Assembly (NCBI RefSeq): GCF_001194135.2
Contig: NC_068984.1
Coordinates: 140,368,832-140,417,598, forward strand
Direction: 5' to 3'
DNA from: Octopus bimaculoides
Taxonomy: Eukaryota
Length of the DNA stretch: 48,767 bases
Part shown: positions 13,772 to 27,300 of the stretch, piece by piece
Layout: the number at the start of each line of letters is the position of its first letter
Position numbering within the stretch: the stretch's first letter is position 1
Translations under genes and position numbers: made by a program
The notes under the pieces: model-generated
What the model was told of the DNA's origin: nothing
Database searches by the model: none
Seen by the model: the letters and a program-made list of their open reading frames with translations, nothing else

Positions 13772-16700
13772 TACTGTATTTTGGAACTTTTCTGTTTTGT
13801 CTTTTCAGAATCTAAGCCATAATGATGACACAGTCCTTGAAAATATTGAATTTTCCGAGATTTCTGAACCAGATTTACAAGTTAACCAACTTGAACAAGC
13901 CATTGTACTCGGCCTTATGTAAGAAACATTATGACTCTTACTTCTGTCGCTGTATTTTAGTTTGGTGGGGGTTCATTTAGTTATTGTTTAAACCCCCCCC
14001 CATGTCTGCCCTCATTCATCAGACCTATCATCAGAAGACTACCAGCATTAATTATCCTGTCCTCTCTTTTGAACTTCATTATCCCATGTGTTCTTCCATT
14101 AACATGGCTACTATTTTTTGCAAGACAAGCATCCACATAGATGCTCAGTTGCTGGGTCATTTATTTGTTTGATGTTGTTTAACGCCAATGGATGATTAAA
14201 AGATGTTCCAACCACAAGCATCAGCTCAAATGTATCTAAGGCTACATCTGACCAGATTGAAGCACTTGCTTTCCTGATAGAAGGGTAAGATTTTGCTGGT
14301 CATGAAATCCATCTGCTATGAACATCCGCTGAGTGATGGTCTTGCAATACCATCCTTGATGATGAGCTCACTGACACTAAGACTGATGCACCTGAAGAAA
14401 TTTCTGGACTCCTGGGATGGCGTTAATGAAGATGCGTCTTTCGTGTGGCACATCTTTCTACATTTCATCTCCTTGACCAGGCTGCATCAAACATAGATCA
14501 AGGTCAGGTTGTTGGCATCTAGAATGTTGCCAGCCCCTCATAGCATTGTACCAGCTAAACAAATGCATTTCAAGTTCAAATCTTATCATAGTCAAATTTC
14601 GTCATTCATTACTGCGAGCACAATCATCATTTAATGTCCATGCTGGCATAAGTTGGGCAGTTTGGCAGGAACCAATGTCTCCTAGGACTGTATCAAGCTC
14701 CAATGTCTGCTTTGGCACGATCTTTAGGGTTGGATGCCTTTCTTAATGACAACCATTGTAGAGCATGAGTTTCATGTCAGTAATTACTGGTCGTGCTTGT
14801 ATCCTTCTTCTTATAAGTATCTTTGTACCATTATAAGAAAGCATAATTACCTCTGCCTTAACGAACGCAGAGGTATTGTTTCCAGTCGTGTTTGTTTGTT
14901 TATCCATGAACAGGATATCTCAATAACCGCTGGATGGATTCGGATAAAACTTTCAGGGATGTTTGGCCTTGTGACTGGCACAAACTGATTAGATTTCGGA
15001 ATCGATCCAATACCAGACAAGGATTCTGGATTATTTTTCTTGTTTTTTTACTAAATATTTGAGAGTGGTCGGGTTCATTTTTAGTATTCTTGTTTGTGAG
15101 AGCAGCCAAGTTTATTTCAGATATTCTCATTTTGAAAATCATCTCTGGCTAATCGTTGAGAGGATGTTGGTGTTGCCTTGGCAGAGGTTTGCGCTCTCTC
15201 TGAGTGCTCTTGTTATAATTATTAATATTCTTTTTTCTATTTCTATCTTTCAGGGAAGTTAGCCGTCGGTCAGAGCCCAGTCAAGAAAAACTAACTAATG
15301 AACAACTCTTAGCTTATATATCAGTGAGTAAAGAACTTTTATCTGAACACTTTGGTCTAATTTTGTTATAAATTTTGTGGGATTTTTTAAAAACTATATA
15401 TATATGTTCTAGTTCACTATATATAAACTACTCTATTGATTTATAGCATGGGTGTCCCTGGTGATTCCAACAGTACAAAATTAATATTATATTAAGCCTG
15501 TGATTCACATGTTAGAAATGTGTGAAGAAATAATTATTGAGTAGCAATCTGTATTTCTGTATATTACTATAACTGATGGTATTTCTATATATCACTCTAA
15601 TGATATACATGTATGTATAACTGCACACACCGGGTGTATATACTGTCTTTAAGCTGCTTCTCTACGTTAAAAGAAATGACAAAACTATAATCCATGAATG
15701 AATTTTGTCAAACACTTCCATCTAGGAGTGATCTGTTAATATCTCTAAGACATTTTTTTTCTTTACACTCTTCAAACCCAGATTTTCACATTGGTCATAT
15801 GATTAAGAAATCAGCTTTACCGTTACATGGTTTCTGTTTCATTCCCACTACATACGACTGCTGGTTGTAACTTTACAAATATCAATTTGAGAAATGGAAA
15901 AGTGCCTCGATCCGCAGTAGAAAACCTCTCCCAGCAGTCCTATGTAGTGGGAATGCAACAGAAACCATGTAATGGTAAAGCTGATTTCTTAATCATATGG
16001 TCAATGTGAGAATCTGGTTTTGAAGAGTGTAAAGAAAAAAATATGTCTTAGAAATATTAACAGATCACTCCTAGATGGAAGTGTTTGACAAAATTCATTC
16101 ATGGATTATAGCTTTTTCATTTCTTTTAACGTAGAGAAGCAGCCTAAAGACATTATATACGCCTGGTGTGTGTAGTTATAGATATACATGTATATTATTG
16201 AGCTGGCAGAATTGTTAGCATTCCAGACAGAATGCTTAGTGGAATTTCATCCATCTTTACGTTCAACTTCCACTGAGGTCAGCTTTGCTTTTCATCTTTT
16301 TTGGGGGGGTCAATAAAATAGGTACCAGTTGAACTCTGGGGTCAATGTAATACACTTACTCCCTCTCTCCCCTAATATTACTGACCTTGTACCAAAATTT
16401 AAAACTAATATTGATATTGCATTCAGTTACATTGCTTATCTCTCTCTCTCTCTCCAGTTCCTTCTCAATCAGCCATTGGACTGGTGCATTCAAGTAACAT
16501 CTCTCTACACCCGTTCTTTCCTTGAGAAATCCTTTGGACGTACAATTGAGAGATCCATGAAACAGATTGAAGTAAGTAGTCTTCTCACATACTTGATGGC
16601 ATTTCCTTTGATTGGACAGAGTTTCACCTTATTATTCCCAAAATTCCAGGGCTGTGGCTTGGTTGAATTGTTAGTGGGTCAAGCAGAATGCTTTATGAGT

Positions 16701-19700
16701 GTGCTTCCCACTCTTTACTTTCTGAGTTCAAATCCTACTGCGGCCCACTTTACATTTCATCCTCTTGGGATTTCGATGGAACTAAATAAAACATTTGTTT
16801 TCAATGAATTTTTGTCTGTGATTCCCTGCATTATTGGACCACTAAATTATTGGGTTGTAAACACACCAACACCAGCTCTCAAGTGGTGATGGGAGACAAA
16901 CATAGACACAAAAACACACACATGGGTGTGTGTGTATGTGTGCATGTATGTGTATATATGTGTGTGTATATGTATGTATGTGTGTATGTGTACATATATG
17001 TGTGTGTGTATGTGTCATCATCATCATTTAATGTCCGCTTTCCAAGCTGGCATGGGTTGGATGGTTTGACTGAGGACTGATGAACCAGAAGGCTGCACCA
17101 GGCTCAATCTGATCTGGCAAAGTTTCTACTGCTGGATGCCCTTCCTAACGCCTATGTGTGTGTGTGTATATATAGATAGATGTATGTACATACATGCACA
17201 CACAACAGACTTCTTTCAGTTTCCATCTACCAAATCCACTGACAGGTTTTGGTTGACCTGAGGCTATAGCAGAAGACGCTTACCCAAAGTGCCATGCAGA
17301 ACCATGTGATTGGGAACCCAGAAGGTGGACCCATACTTTTCTAACAGCCACATTCAATGGCTCCTTACCATACAGCTATGCCTGCCCCTACATACAGAAA
17401 GTTTAGGTATACGTGGTAATCACTGGTTATGCAAGCAGGGCACCATTCTTTCTGATTGGGTGGTTAGTCCATTGCAGGGTTACCCATTTACAGCCTAGTG
17501 GACTGGAGCAACATGAAATGAAGAGCCTTGCTGAAGAACACAATGCACCAGCCAATCCAGGAATCGAACCCACGATCTCGCTAGTAAGAGTGCAACACCC
17601 TAACCACATATGTATCTATGTATGTGTGCATGTGCGTGCATTCTTGTCTTGATATCTCGTGATTGTTGCAAATGAACACCACCATCATAAAAGCAGTCTT
17701 GTTTGTTCTTAGTCGTCTATGAAAAACAAATCTGGTTATGGGGACAGCTAAGGGTTCATGACAGGGAGAGGCATCCAGCGGCAGAAAAGAATCTGCTTCA
17801 ACATAATTCCATCTGACCCAATGCAAGCATTAAACGGTGATGATGATAATGAATCATGATGTTTTTGATGTCCTTAAATGCAAAACTTTGACTATCAAGG
17901 AATATTTTTGCCTTCTATTTCGCACATTTAGGAGATTGTGAGTCAGATGTCAAACCAACAACCTCCGTCCCATAAGCGTTTACCTCAGTTTTATTACACG
18001 AGAACACCTTCAGTCTGGTTACTCAAAGTAAGTTGGAGATTCTTATTCATTTCTCTTTGGGGTTTTTTTCTCTCATCTTCAAAGTCTTACAGGTGATGAC
18101 CATAGTGTGTTTTGGGAGGTTGTGTGATTGTTGACATATGTCTTGACTAGAGATGTACAAGATGTATTATTGGTTATAGTAAATTGCACCATAAACAATT
18201 TTACAAATATTTTTGCTGTAGGAAAATTCACAATAAGAAATTTCGTTTTAAACAATCTCCTCATGTTTTTTTTAATATTTGATTTTGAATAACTACTTGC
18301 TTATGTAAAACATTTATAAAACCTTTTATTACTTTTTTTATTTTAAAAATGTTGATACAGTAGTGCTCCAGCATGACTGCTGCCGCATGGCTGAAACAAA
18401 TGGATGAATATGCTTTATCATTGTCCATATAGCAAAATTTCTTACAGTAAATTTTCTGGACATGATCCTTATTAATGTGTGTGTGTATTTGGATAACGTT
18501 TTGTAAGTCTCCATTTATCTTACTTTGCTCAATTTCATATCTTTCATCAGTCTGTCTCTTTCTTTCTAGAAACAATTGGCTCAGTTGCTGATCTCCCTTG
18601 GTTCCATTGGCTCAGCATGTGACATTCTTGAACAGCTGGAGATGTGGGAAGATGTTATTGTCTGCTACCAACGGATGAACAAATTGGAGAAGGTAACTCA
18701 CTCAGCCCCTTTATCATCTTCCTTTACAGATTATAACCTTTGTTTTCTAAACTTCCTAAACAGATTTTCTTTAACCTTTTAGCATTTAAACTGACCGTAT
18801 CCAGCCAAAATATTCTCCCTGTTTTATGTTCCACCTGGCCAGATCTGACATCTCATACCTAGCCTACACTGTCAATCAAATCATAAACAATCACATCATG
18901 ATAAAGCTACAAGGTAAAGCATGATTAATTCAAAACAAGGTAAATAAATAAGCTTTAGATTTGACAGAAGAATCAGAACCCTAAAGAATTCAATCAGCAG
19001 TTGGCTCTCAGTCAAGTGCCATATCAAAGACACTCTCAAGGCAACCTTAAAAGAGTTTAACTTAGAACAGTCTCCTTGGGAGCGTCTTACTCAATGTCAC
19101 TGTGGTGTGTACTCTTGGAGTACAGAACTCAGAATCAGAACTGATTAAAGAACCTAAAGAGAGGAATGCTGCAGGGAAAGCAGGAGCCCCACAACAAATG
19201 TGACCTGCCAGATGAAACCAATCCAGCGTCACAACATTTTGCAGTGATTGGAATTTGCTTTGTGGAAGGATTCCTCTTTCCACCAAAAGACTTTGAGGAT
19301 CTTCCATAGGTATTGTTTGTGAAATGTGTCTGGTATCTTCATGAAGGCTCATGGTTTAGGGGTTAGCATATTCAGTTCATAATCATAAGGTCATGAGTTC
19401 AATTCCTGGTGACGCATTGTGTCCTTGAGCAAGACACTTTATTTCACGTTGCTCCAGTCAACTCAGCTGGCGAAAATGAGTTGTACCTGTAATTCAAGAG
19501 GACCATCCTTATCACAGTCTGTGCCAACTGAATCTCCGAGATTTACATTATGGGTCCATGTGTCTGTGGAGTGCTCAGCCACTTGCACGTTAATTTCACA
19601 TGCTTTTATATGTATGTATGGATGGATGTGTGTGTTATGTACACTTTTGTTTTTCAGTTTATTTTACTCAAAATTTAATTTTTACTTTCATTAATGTTTT

Positions 19701-22700
19701 TTTTTCAACAGTTCTTCACATATCAATCCGTATATTTCTATTTCTATAGGCTGAGTCATTGATCCGTGAACAGTTGGAAATAGAAGAAACTCCAAACCTC
19801 TGGTGTTTCCTTGGTGATGTCACAAGAAACATTGAGCACTACCAGAAAGCCTGGGAATTGTCTAATCACCGAAGTGCACGGGCCCAGCGCTGCATGGGTT
19901 ACCTTTATTTTGGAAAAGAAGATGTAAGTTCCTATATAACATAAATCTGGACAAAATTTTCTTGTTTGTTAACTTTGGTCAATTTTGCTTGAGTAGTTTC
20001 TATAACATGATGTTGCTGATCTTTGTAAAATCCTGTCTTTATTGTAGAACATGTTGCCTTTGGGTTTAGAATTTGGCCCTTTGCCTACCAAACCCAGTTT
20101 GTGCCATATTCTCTTTTGCACCAGCAGTCTAATTTTGTTATAAGTTATGCAATTTTAATTTCTTTAACCCTATAACACTTATATGTTCTAGTTTACTATA
20201 AATGAACTATTACATTGGTTTATAACACACTTATCACCCGTGGCGAGCTGACAGAAACATTAGCACGCTGGGCGAAATGCTTGGTGTTATTTCGTCTGCC
20301 GCTACATTCTGAGTTCAAATTCCGCCAAGGTCGACTTTGCCTTTCATCCTTTCAGGGTCAATTAAATAAGTACCAGTTACGCACTGGGGTCGATATAATC
20401 GACTTAATCCGTTTGTCTGTCCTTGTTTGTCCCCTCTGTGTGTAGCCCTTTGTGGGTAGTAAAGAAATAACACGTGTCACCCGTGACCCCCATGGTACAG
20501 AATGGAGATTACATTCATGGGAGTCGTCGGCGATACACATGTTAAAAAGTGTTAAAATGTCCACTATACCGCCATTTATGGATTATTTACATTCATTTAT
20601 GACTTTTTGGTACGGATTATACTTCAGATTATATTGGCTCCTTTTTCACAAAAACTATTTTATAGACGGCAGTGTTCCAACGCTGGAGATAACAATGATT
20701 TGCATTTTCCTTACCAGGGTTTATCTTGGCTTTTATTGTGTCAAATTGAAAACCATCCAAGAAACACACACAAATATGTGTTCTGTACTTTTCCTAAAAT
20801 TCTAGTAATGTAATTTGTACTCCAATAATATGAGACTCCATAAAAAAAATCATCACTGGTGAGAGTCTCCAGTGACTTCCATATTAAGTACATAGCATAG
20901 GGAGTCACTGTTGACTCTGGCAGTAGGTAAAGTGCTAAACATGTGAGCCCTATTGATAAATTTACTAAAGGAAATTTGGTAGCTGCATTGGGTGAGTTGA
21001 TCCCCTTACTAAAAGCTCCCTGGTTTGTCTTATAAGATTTAGGATTAAAGGTATGATCTCTCACATTAAAGGAGGTTGGGAGCTTGTAAGAGAAGAGCTG
21101 ACTGTTATATTGAGCAAGTCAAACAACTACATTGAGGTTTCTTTGTTTTGGGATTTAGGACTTAGGCAATCACCATTTTATAGATGAGAGGTGTTTGCTT
21201 AGGATAATTTCTCTGTTACAACCAGTGTTTGTCATTAGGATGAGAATAACGAGGACTGAAAAGCGGGCTGGCAGATAAAATGTCACACAACCATGACTGC
21301 ACTGCTTCGTCATTCGGATGGTGCTTTTTATGTGCCACAGGCACAGGAGCCAGTCGGGGCACTGGCATTGACTACGTTTGGATGGTGCCTTTTACGTGTC
21401 ACAGTTATGGGAGCCAGTCAGAGGCACAGGCATCAACCATGTTTGGATGGTGCTGTTTATGTACAACCAGCACAGGAGCCAGTCAGGAGGCACTGGCATC
21501 GACCATGTTCAGATTAATTCATATTATATGTCATCAAATACAATACTTAACTTATTAAGTAATACTTTCTAGAATATTTAATTGCGCAAATTATCATTTT
21601 TTTTTTTTTACATTAATTTCTGTTGATGTTTTTGTAGTGGGACAATTGTCTGAGCTGCTTTGAGCGATCGCTGAAGATCAATACACTCCAGGTAAGAAAA
21701 ACCATTTTTTTTTCTTATTTAATGTTGCTCATAGTGATGTTCATAGTTGTTGGTGTTATAGTAAAGGTATGTGGCTTAGTGGTTTGAGTATTCAGCTCAT
21801 GATTATAAGGCCATGAGTTCAATTCCTGGTGGCGCATTTTCTCCTTGAGCAAGACACTTTATTTCACATTGCTCCAGTCCACTCAGCTGGCAAAAATGAG
21901 TTGTACCTGTAATTACAAAGGGGCTAGCCTTATCACATTCTATATCACACTGAATCTCATTGAGAACTACATTAAGGGTACCTGTGTCTGTGGAGTACTC
22001 AGCCACTTGATTGGGTCACCTGGAGCCCTCACCATCATAACCGACTGAGTGCTAGTCTTTTTTTTTTTATTGGGGTCATATCTGTATTAGTTGTGGTTGT
22101 CATTTACATGGATTGTTTAGAGTTCATCATTTCGCATCCATTCTGCCATGCTTCTATGAGTCTGATAGAATTTGCTGAGGCAGATTTCTAGAGCCAGCTG
22201 TTTAAATATTTCTAACATGGGGAGGAGCTGTTTGTAAAATGCTGTTGAAAGAGAGCAAAGGCTGAAAATGATGGGGTCATATGGACCCAAATTCTATATT
22301 GTGTTCATGTCAAAAAGTTTTTAAAATTTCACTCATAATTTTTGTGGAGAAATGATGAACTAAATATACATAGAACAACTTCTATTGAACTCTGTATACA
22401 CAAAACCAATCTATTGGGGCAAAGACCCCTCCTTCAGTCATGACTGACCATGGGTTTGCACTTAGAAAGTTCCTCTCTGAGGCACAGGTTCGAGCAAGGT
22501 TGTTTATAGAAGACCAGCAGTCACCCAGGCATACCAGCCTTCCCTCTCTGCGCCACTGTTATCCAGGGGACAGGCAATGGGGCCAATACAGCTTGGCACC
22601 AGTGATGTCGCAACTCATTTCTACAGCTGAGTGAACTGGAGCAACGTGAAATAAAGTGTCTTGCTCAAGAACACAACACAGAACCCCGTTCAGGAATTGA

Positions 22701-23773
22701 ACTCACTACCTCATGATTATGAGCCCAATGCTCTAACCACTGAGCCATGCGCCTTCACATATATATAGTTCTAATGGTGATCTAACAAGAGATCCTGTTA
22801 GATTGGATTTAAAGATTGCCTTTTGGTACTAATACTGCTTCTGTTGCAAATAATCACCATCATTTAACACCTGTTTTCGATGCTGGTATGGGTTAGGACT
22901 GTTTGACAGGAGCTAGTGAGCTGCACCAGGCTCCAATTGTCTGTTCTGGCATGGTTTCTACAGCTGGATGCCCTTCCTAAAAGCACCCAATACACAGAAT
23001 ATACTGGGTGCTTTTTATATGTGGCACCATCACACACACACAACCATTCTACTGAACTATGAATACAGTGCTTTATGAAATAACCTAGATTTTCTAATGT
23101 GTTTATTTTTTATCTTTGCTTATACCATACTCAGACCCCGCTCTGGTTTACTTACGGTTGTGCTTCACTTGCCGCCAGCAAATTCGAGACTGCTGCAAAA
23201 GCATTCCATCGCTGTGTCATGATTGATTCTGACGTGAGTATATTTATTGATTGATTGTGATTTGTGTTTATTTTGGACACCTGCTTGACTCAAGCTCGTT
23301 AATCAAAAGAGATTATTAACTGAATAGTATCTACTCCACTTACTTCCACCCATCACCCATTTAATCTTCTAATTAAGTGTCTAGTTTGTTATATGTACAT
23401 AGACTGAGATGTGCTGTTGGTTATATTCCGCAGTTTGAATTATTTCTGTTAATTTTCTCCTAAATAGAACATGGCTAGTTTTATTGCATTGTCTGTATTG
23501 TTTTACAACCAAGACTGTGCTATCAAGGGAGATAATCTGTCTTGTTTTTTTTTTTAGCCTTTTTTACTGTGGCCATGCTGGGGCACTCCCTTGAAGGCAT
23601 TAATCAAACAAATCGACCCCAGTACCTTTTTTTAAAGTATATTATTCTGTTAATCTATTTTGCTGGACTTCTTAGAGGTTGCAAATAAACCAACACCAAT
23701 CACCAAGCAATAGTGGGGACAAATACATACACACACACACACACACATGTCTATACATACATATATATATGTG

Positions 23774-23810
<37 letters not shown>

Positions 23811-24328
23811 ACACATACACAATAGGCTTCCATGCACTTTCCATGTATCAAATTCAGTCACAAAGCATTAGTCAGCCTAGGGTTATAGTAGGAGCCACTT
23901 GCTGAAGATGCCATACAGTGGGACTGAACTGAAACCTTGTGGTTGCAAATCAAGCTACTTAACCTCACAACAGTGCTTGTAATTATTGTAATTTTTTATT
24001 TAATATAAGATTGATTGATGAGAATTAGCGACACATTTACATTGACTTAGCATGGCTCTTTTGTCATGGATAAATATAGAATATAAGGTAGACTTGTAAA
24101 TGTTTGTGAATCTAAAAACAAACAAAAACGAAAATACATTTGGTTTCATCATCATCGTTTAACACCCACCTTCCATGCTGGCATGGGTTGGACGGTTTGA
24201 CTGAGGTATGGCAAGCCAGAAGGCTGCACCAGGCTCCAATCTGATCTGGCAGAGTTTCTACAGCTGGATGCCCTACACACACACACACACACACATATAC
24301 ACATACATACATACATGATTGGATACAC

Positions 24329-24366
<38 letters not shown>

Positions 24367-27300
24367 GAGGTGGTGAGGCAAGACCTTCGTACATTGGGCC
24401 TCACCGAGGCGATGACTACGGACCGAGACCTTTGGAAACGGGCTGTGCGTGAGAAGACCCGGCAAGCCAAGTAAGATCGTTGCCNNNNNNNNNNNNNNNN
24501 NNNNNNNNNNNNNNNNNNNNNNNNNNNNNNNNNNNNNNNNNNNNNNNNNNNNNNNNNNNNNNNNNNNNNNNNNNNNNNNNNNNNNNNNNNNNNNNNNNNN
24601 NNNNNNNNNNNNNNNNNNNNNNNNNNNNNNNNNNNNNNNNNNNNNNNNNNNNNNNNNNNNNNNNNNNNNNNNNNNNNNNNNNNNNNNNNNNNNNNNNNNN
24701 NNNNNNNNNNNNNNNNNNNNNNNNNNNNNNNNNNNNNNNNNNNNNNNNNNNNNNNNNNNNNNNNNNNNNNNNNNNNNNNNNNNNNNNNNNNNNNNNNNNN
24801 CTAAACCAGGACTGCCATGTTATGTTGGCAAATAATCATCATCATCATTTAACGTCCGCTTTCCATGCTAGCATGGGTTGGACAATTTGACTGAGGACTG
24901 GCGAACCAGATGGCTACACCAGACTCCAATCTGATCTGTCAGAGTTTCTACAGCTGGATGCCCTTCCTAACGCAACCAGTACTCTAAAGTACTATTGCTG
25001 AATATCTCTCATTGAGAGATTTACAAATAGTAATTTTCTATAACTAGGTTAAATCTTTTATATTAAATATTTCTCACATTTTTTTTTCAAATCCTTATTT
25101 TTTCATTTGGAACAATGTTTCTAAAGCCATTGAATGTTGTTTCAAGACTTTCACAATCTCATCTTCAAAATGAACTCTTGTGAATGACATGCTGTCCATA
25201 AGACTTGCAGTATATTGCAAAGGATCTTGGGAATGATTATATGACTGATGAAACTCTACATCAGAACAGTAATTCCTGGTACTTATGATATCATAATGTG
25301 CGTATTTGTATTTTGTTATTAGTAAAGCTTCCATAGCTTTCTTCCCCAGTTTTTGGGAAGAAAAGTCATTATATATGTGTGTGTATGTATATAAAACTCA
25401 TCTCTTAATTTTTTCCTTATTCTCTCTCTCTCTCTTTCTAGGAAGAAGGCCTTTGCTGTATTGCAGGATGCCATCAAATGTAGCTATGATAACTGGAGGT
25501 TATGGGAAAACTATCTTATTGTAAGTTAGGAACAGATTTCTTTCCCTCTCCATATTGCTCAAACCAGTCTCAACAACATTTGTAGAATGGTGTGTCCCTG
25601 TTTCCTACTTTCAATTTTCTTGTTTTGATTTTATTTTTCCTAGATCGGTACTGATTGTGGACAATTTAGTGAAGTAATTCGTGCTTATCATCGCTTGATG
25701 GACCTACGAGGAAAATGGCTGGACGTTGAGGTAAGTGAAAGATTAATATTCTCATTTTTTTCCTCATTTAATTATGTTAATTACAGTAATCCCTCACCAT
25801 ATCAGGGTTTATTATTTAATCTTACATTAATTCCTCCATGGTGTTGTTTTGCATTTAAAATAAATATATACAAATTATAAAAATAATAGAAAAATATACA
25901 TGGCTGAGTTCCTTTTAGCATTGGGCCTCATTGAAGCAAGTGGCCGAGTTCCTTTCGAATGTTGGGCTTCACAGAGGCAAGGTTGTTGAGTTCCTTTGAG
26001 CATTGAGCTCCATGGGGGCAAAGTGGCCAAGTTCCTTTCGAGTGTTGGGCCTCACGGAGGCAATGACCAAGACCTTTAGCATTATGTCATGCTTGAGAAG
26101 AAGACCCATCAAGCCGAGCAAAATCACAGCCGTGTATAATTGTGTATAAATCACTGTGTATAATTGTGAATTTTGTATATTAGTGGTGTCAATGACAAAT
26201 TGTCATAAATAATGGTATTGTTATTGTTACAGATCCTGAAAATACTTGTTAAAGCTATTAAAGAGGACATTCCAGATGCTAATTCTAACCCTTCCTCATA
26301 TTTGCTACCGAAAGCATTAGAATTATTTGGTAGGCTTACCTCAAAAGTAAGTACATTTTAAAAATTTTAATTCAATTTAAATTTTTTTTATTAGCCTTTT
26401 AGCATTTAAACCAGCCATGTTCTACCTGTTTTATGCTCAAACTGGCCAGATTTGGCCTCTCACATATAACCGACGCCAGTGTCGCCTGCCTACCGACGCC
26501 GGTGTCGCCTGACTACCGATGCCGGTGTCGCCTGACTACCGATGCCGGTGTCGCCTGACTACCGATGCCGGTGTCGCCTGACTACCGATGCCGGTGTCAC
26601 CTTGACTACTGATGCTGGTGCTGCCACAATATCAATTTAAAAATAAACGATCGCATCATAGAAGTCTTGAATCTGCAAGACGATGCATAATAAGGTCTTA
26701 TGTGATGTCTGAGAGAGTTTAAATTTTCTTTTTCTTTCTCAATACATTTAAGTGTTTTGTGGTCTTTAACAGGTCACCACTGATGCACAAGTTTGGGAAT
26801 TGTACGCCAGACTGACTGAATTGAAAACTGAAGACCCGATGAAGGATGAGAGGGTAAGTGATTGAGAAAATATTAACAATTTCATTTGGTACTTGTCTTA
26901 GTTATAATGCAGTTGTTTATATACATACATCTTTAATAACATACGACATAGCCATCTCATCAGATATAGGGAGAAGTGTGAGAGATTTGAGACAAATTCA
27001 TGATGGCTTCTAGATATTAGGCTTCCATTGGTCAGCTCAGGTCATGTGATGTTAATACTGTGAAAGCAACACCAGCTATTTTCTTTATTTTTAAGCCCAC
27101 AACCTGAGACAGGATGTTGTATGATGTATTCAGAGAGATCAGTTGCTTGTATTGGATATCATACATAGTAGGATAGGCTGTTGGCATAGATCAGAAGCTC
27201 AGTTGTCATTCAGTGGAGTGTTAATACATTAGTAGCAGCTGTTGTCTTTACATAGGAGTGACCAAATTTGATGGTGTTGGGTTACAAATGAAGTTCGACA

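Noticed and set aside
13980-14560. GC-richer intronic stretch as a hidden exon or C/D snoRNA (TGATGA...CTGA near 14355-14395)
   Set aside because: The flanking TTC27 exons already join in phase, all frames have stops, and there is no terminal stem for a snoRNA; probably an old repeat.
16329-16889. 186-aa ORF
   Set aside because: It is TTC27 exon 16458-16571 read through into intronic SINE sequence.
20741-21064. 107-aa minus-strand ORF
   Set aside because: No recognisable domain or splice context, it starts at an alternative codon, and it is antisense in an intron.
25090-25150. [13 protein letters not shown] as the missing WNNLS exon
   Set aside because: No AG acceptor in frame and no phase-2 GT donor; chance similarity.
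26470-26621. CRISPR-like look of the 23-bp repeats
   Set aside because: Units are contiguous with no unique spacers, the context is a eukaryotic intron, and there are no cas genes.
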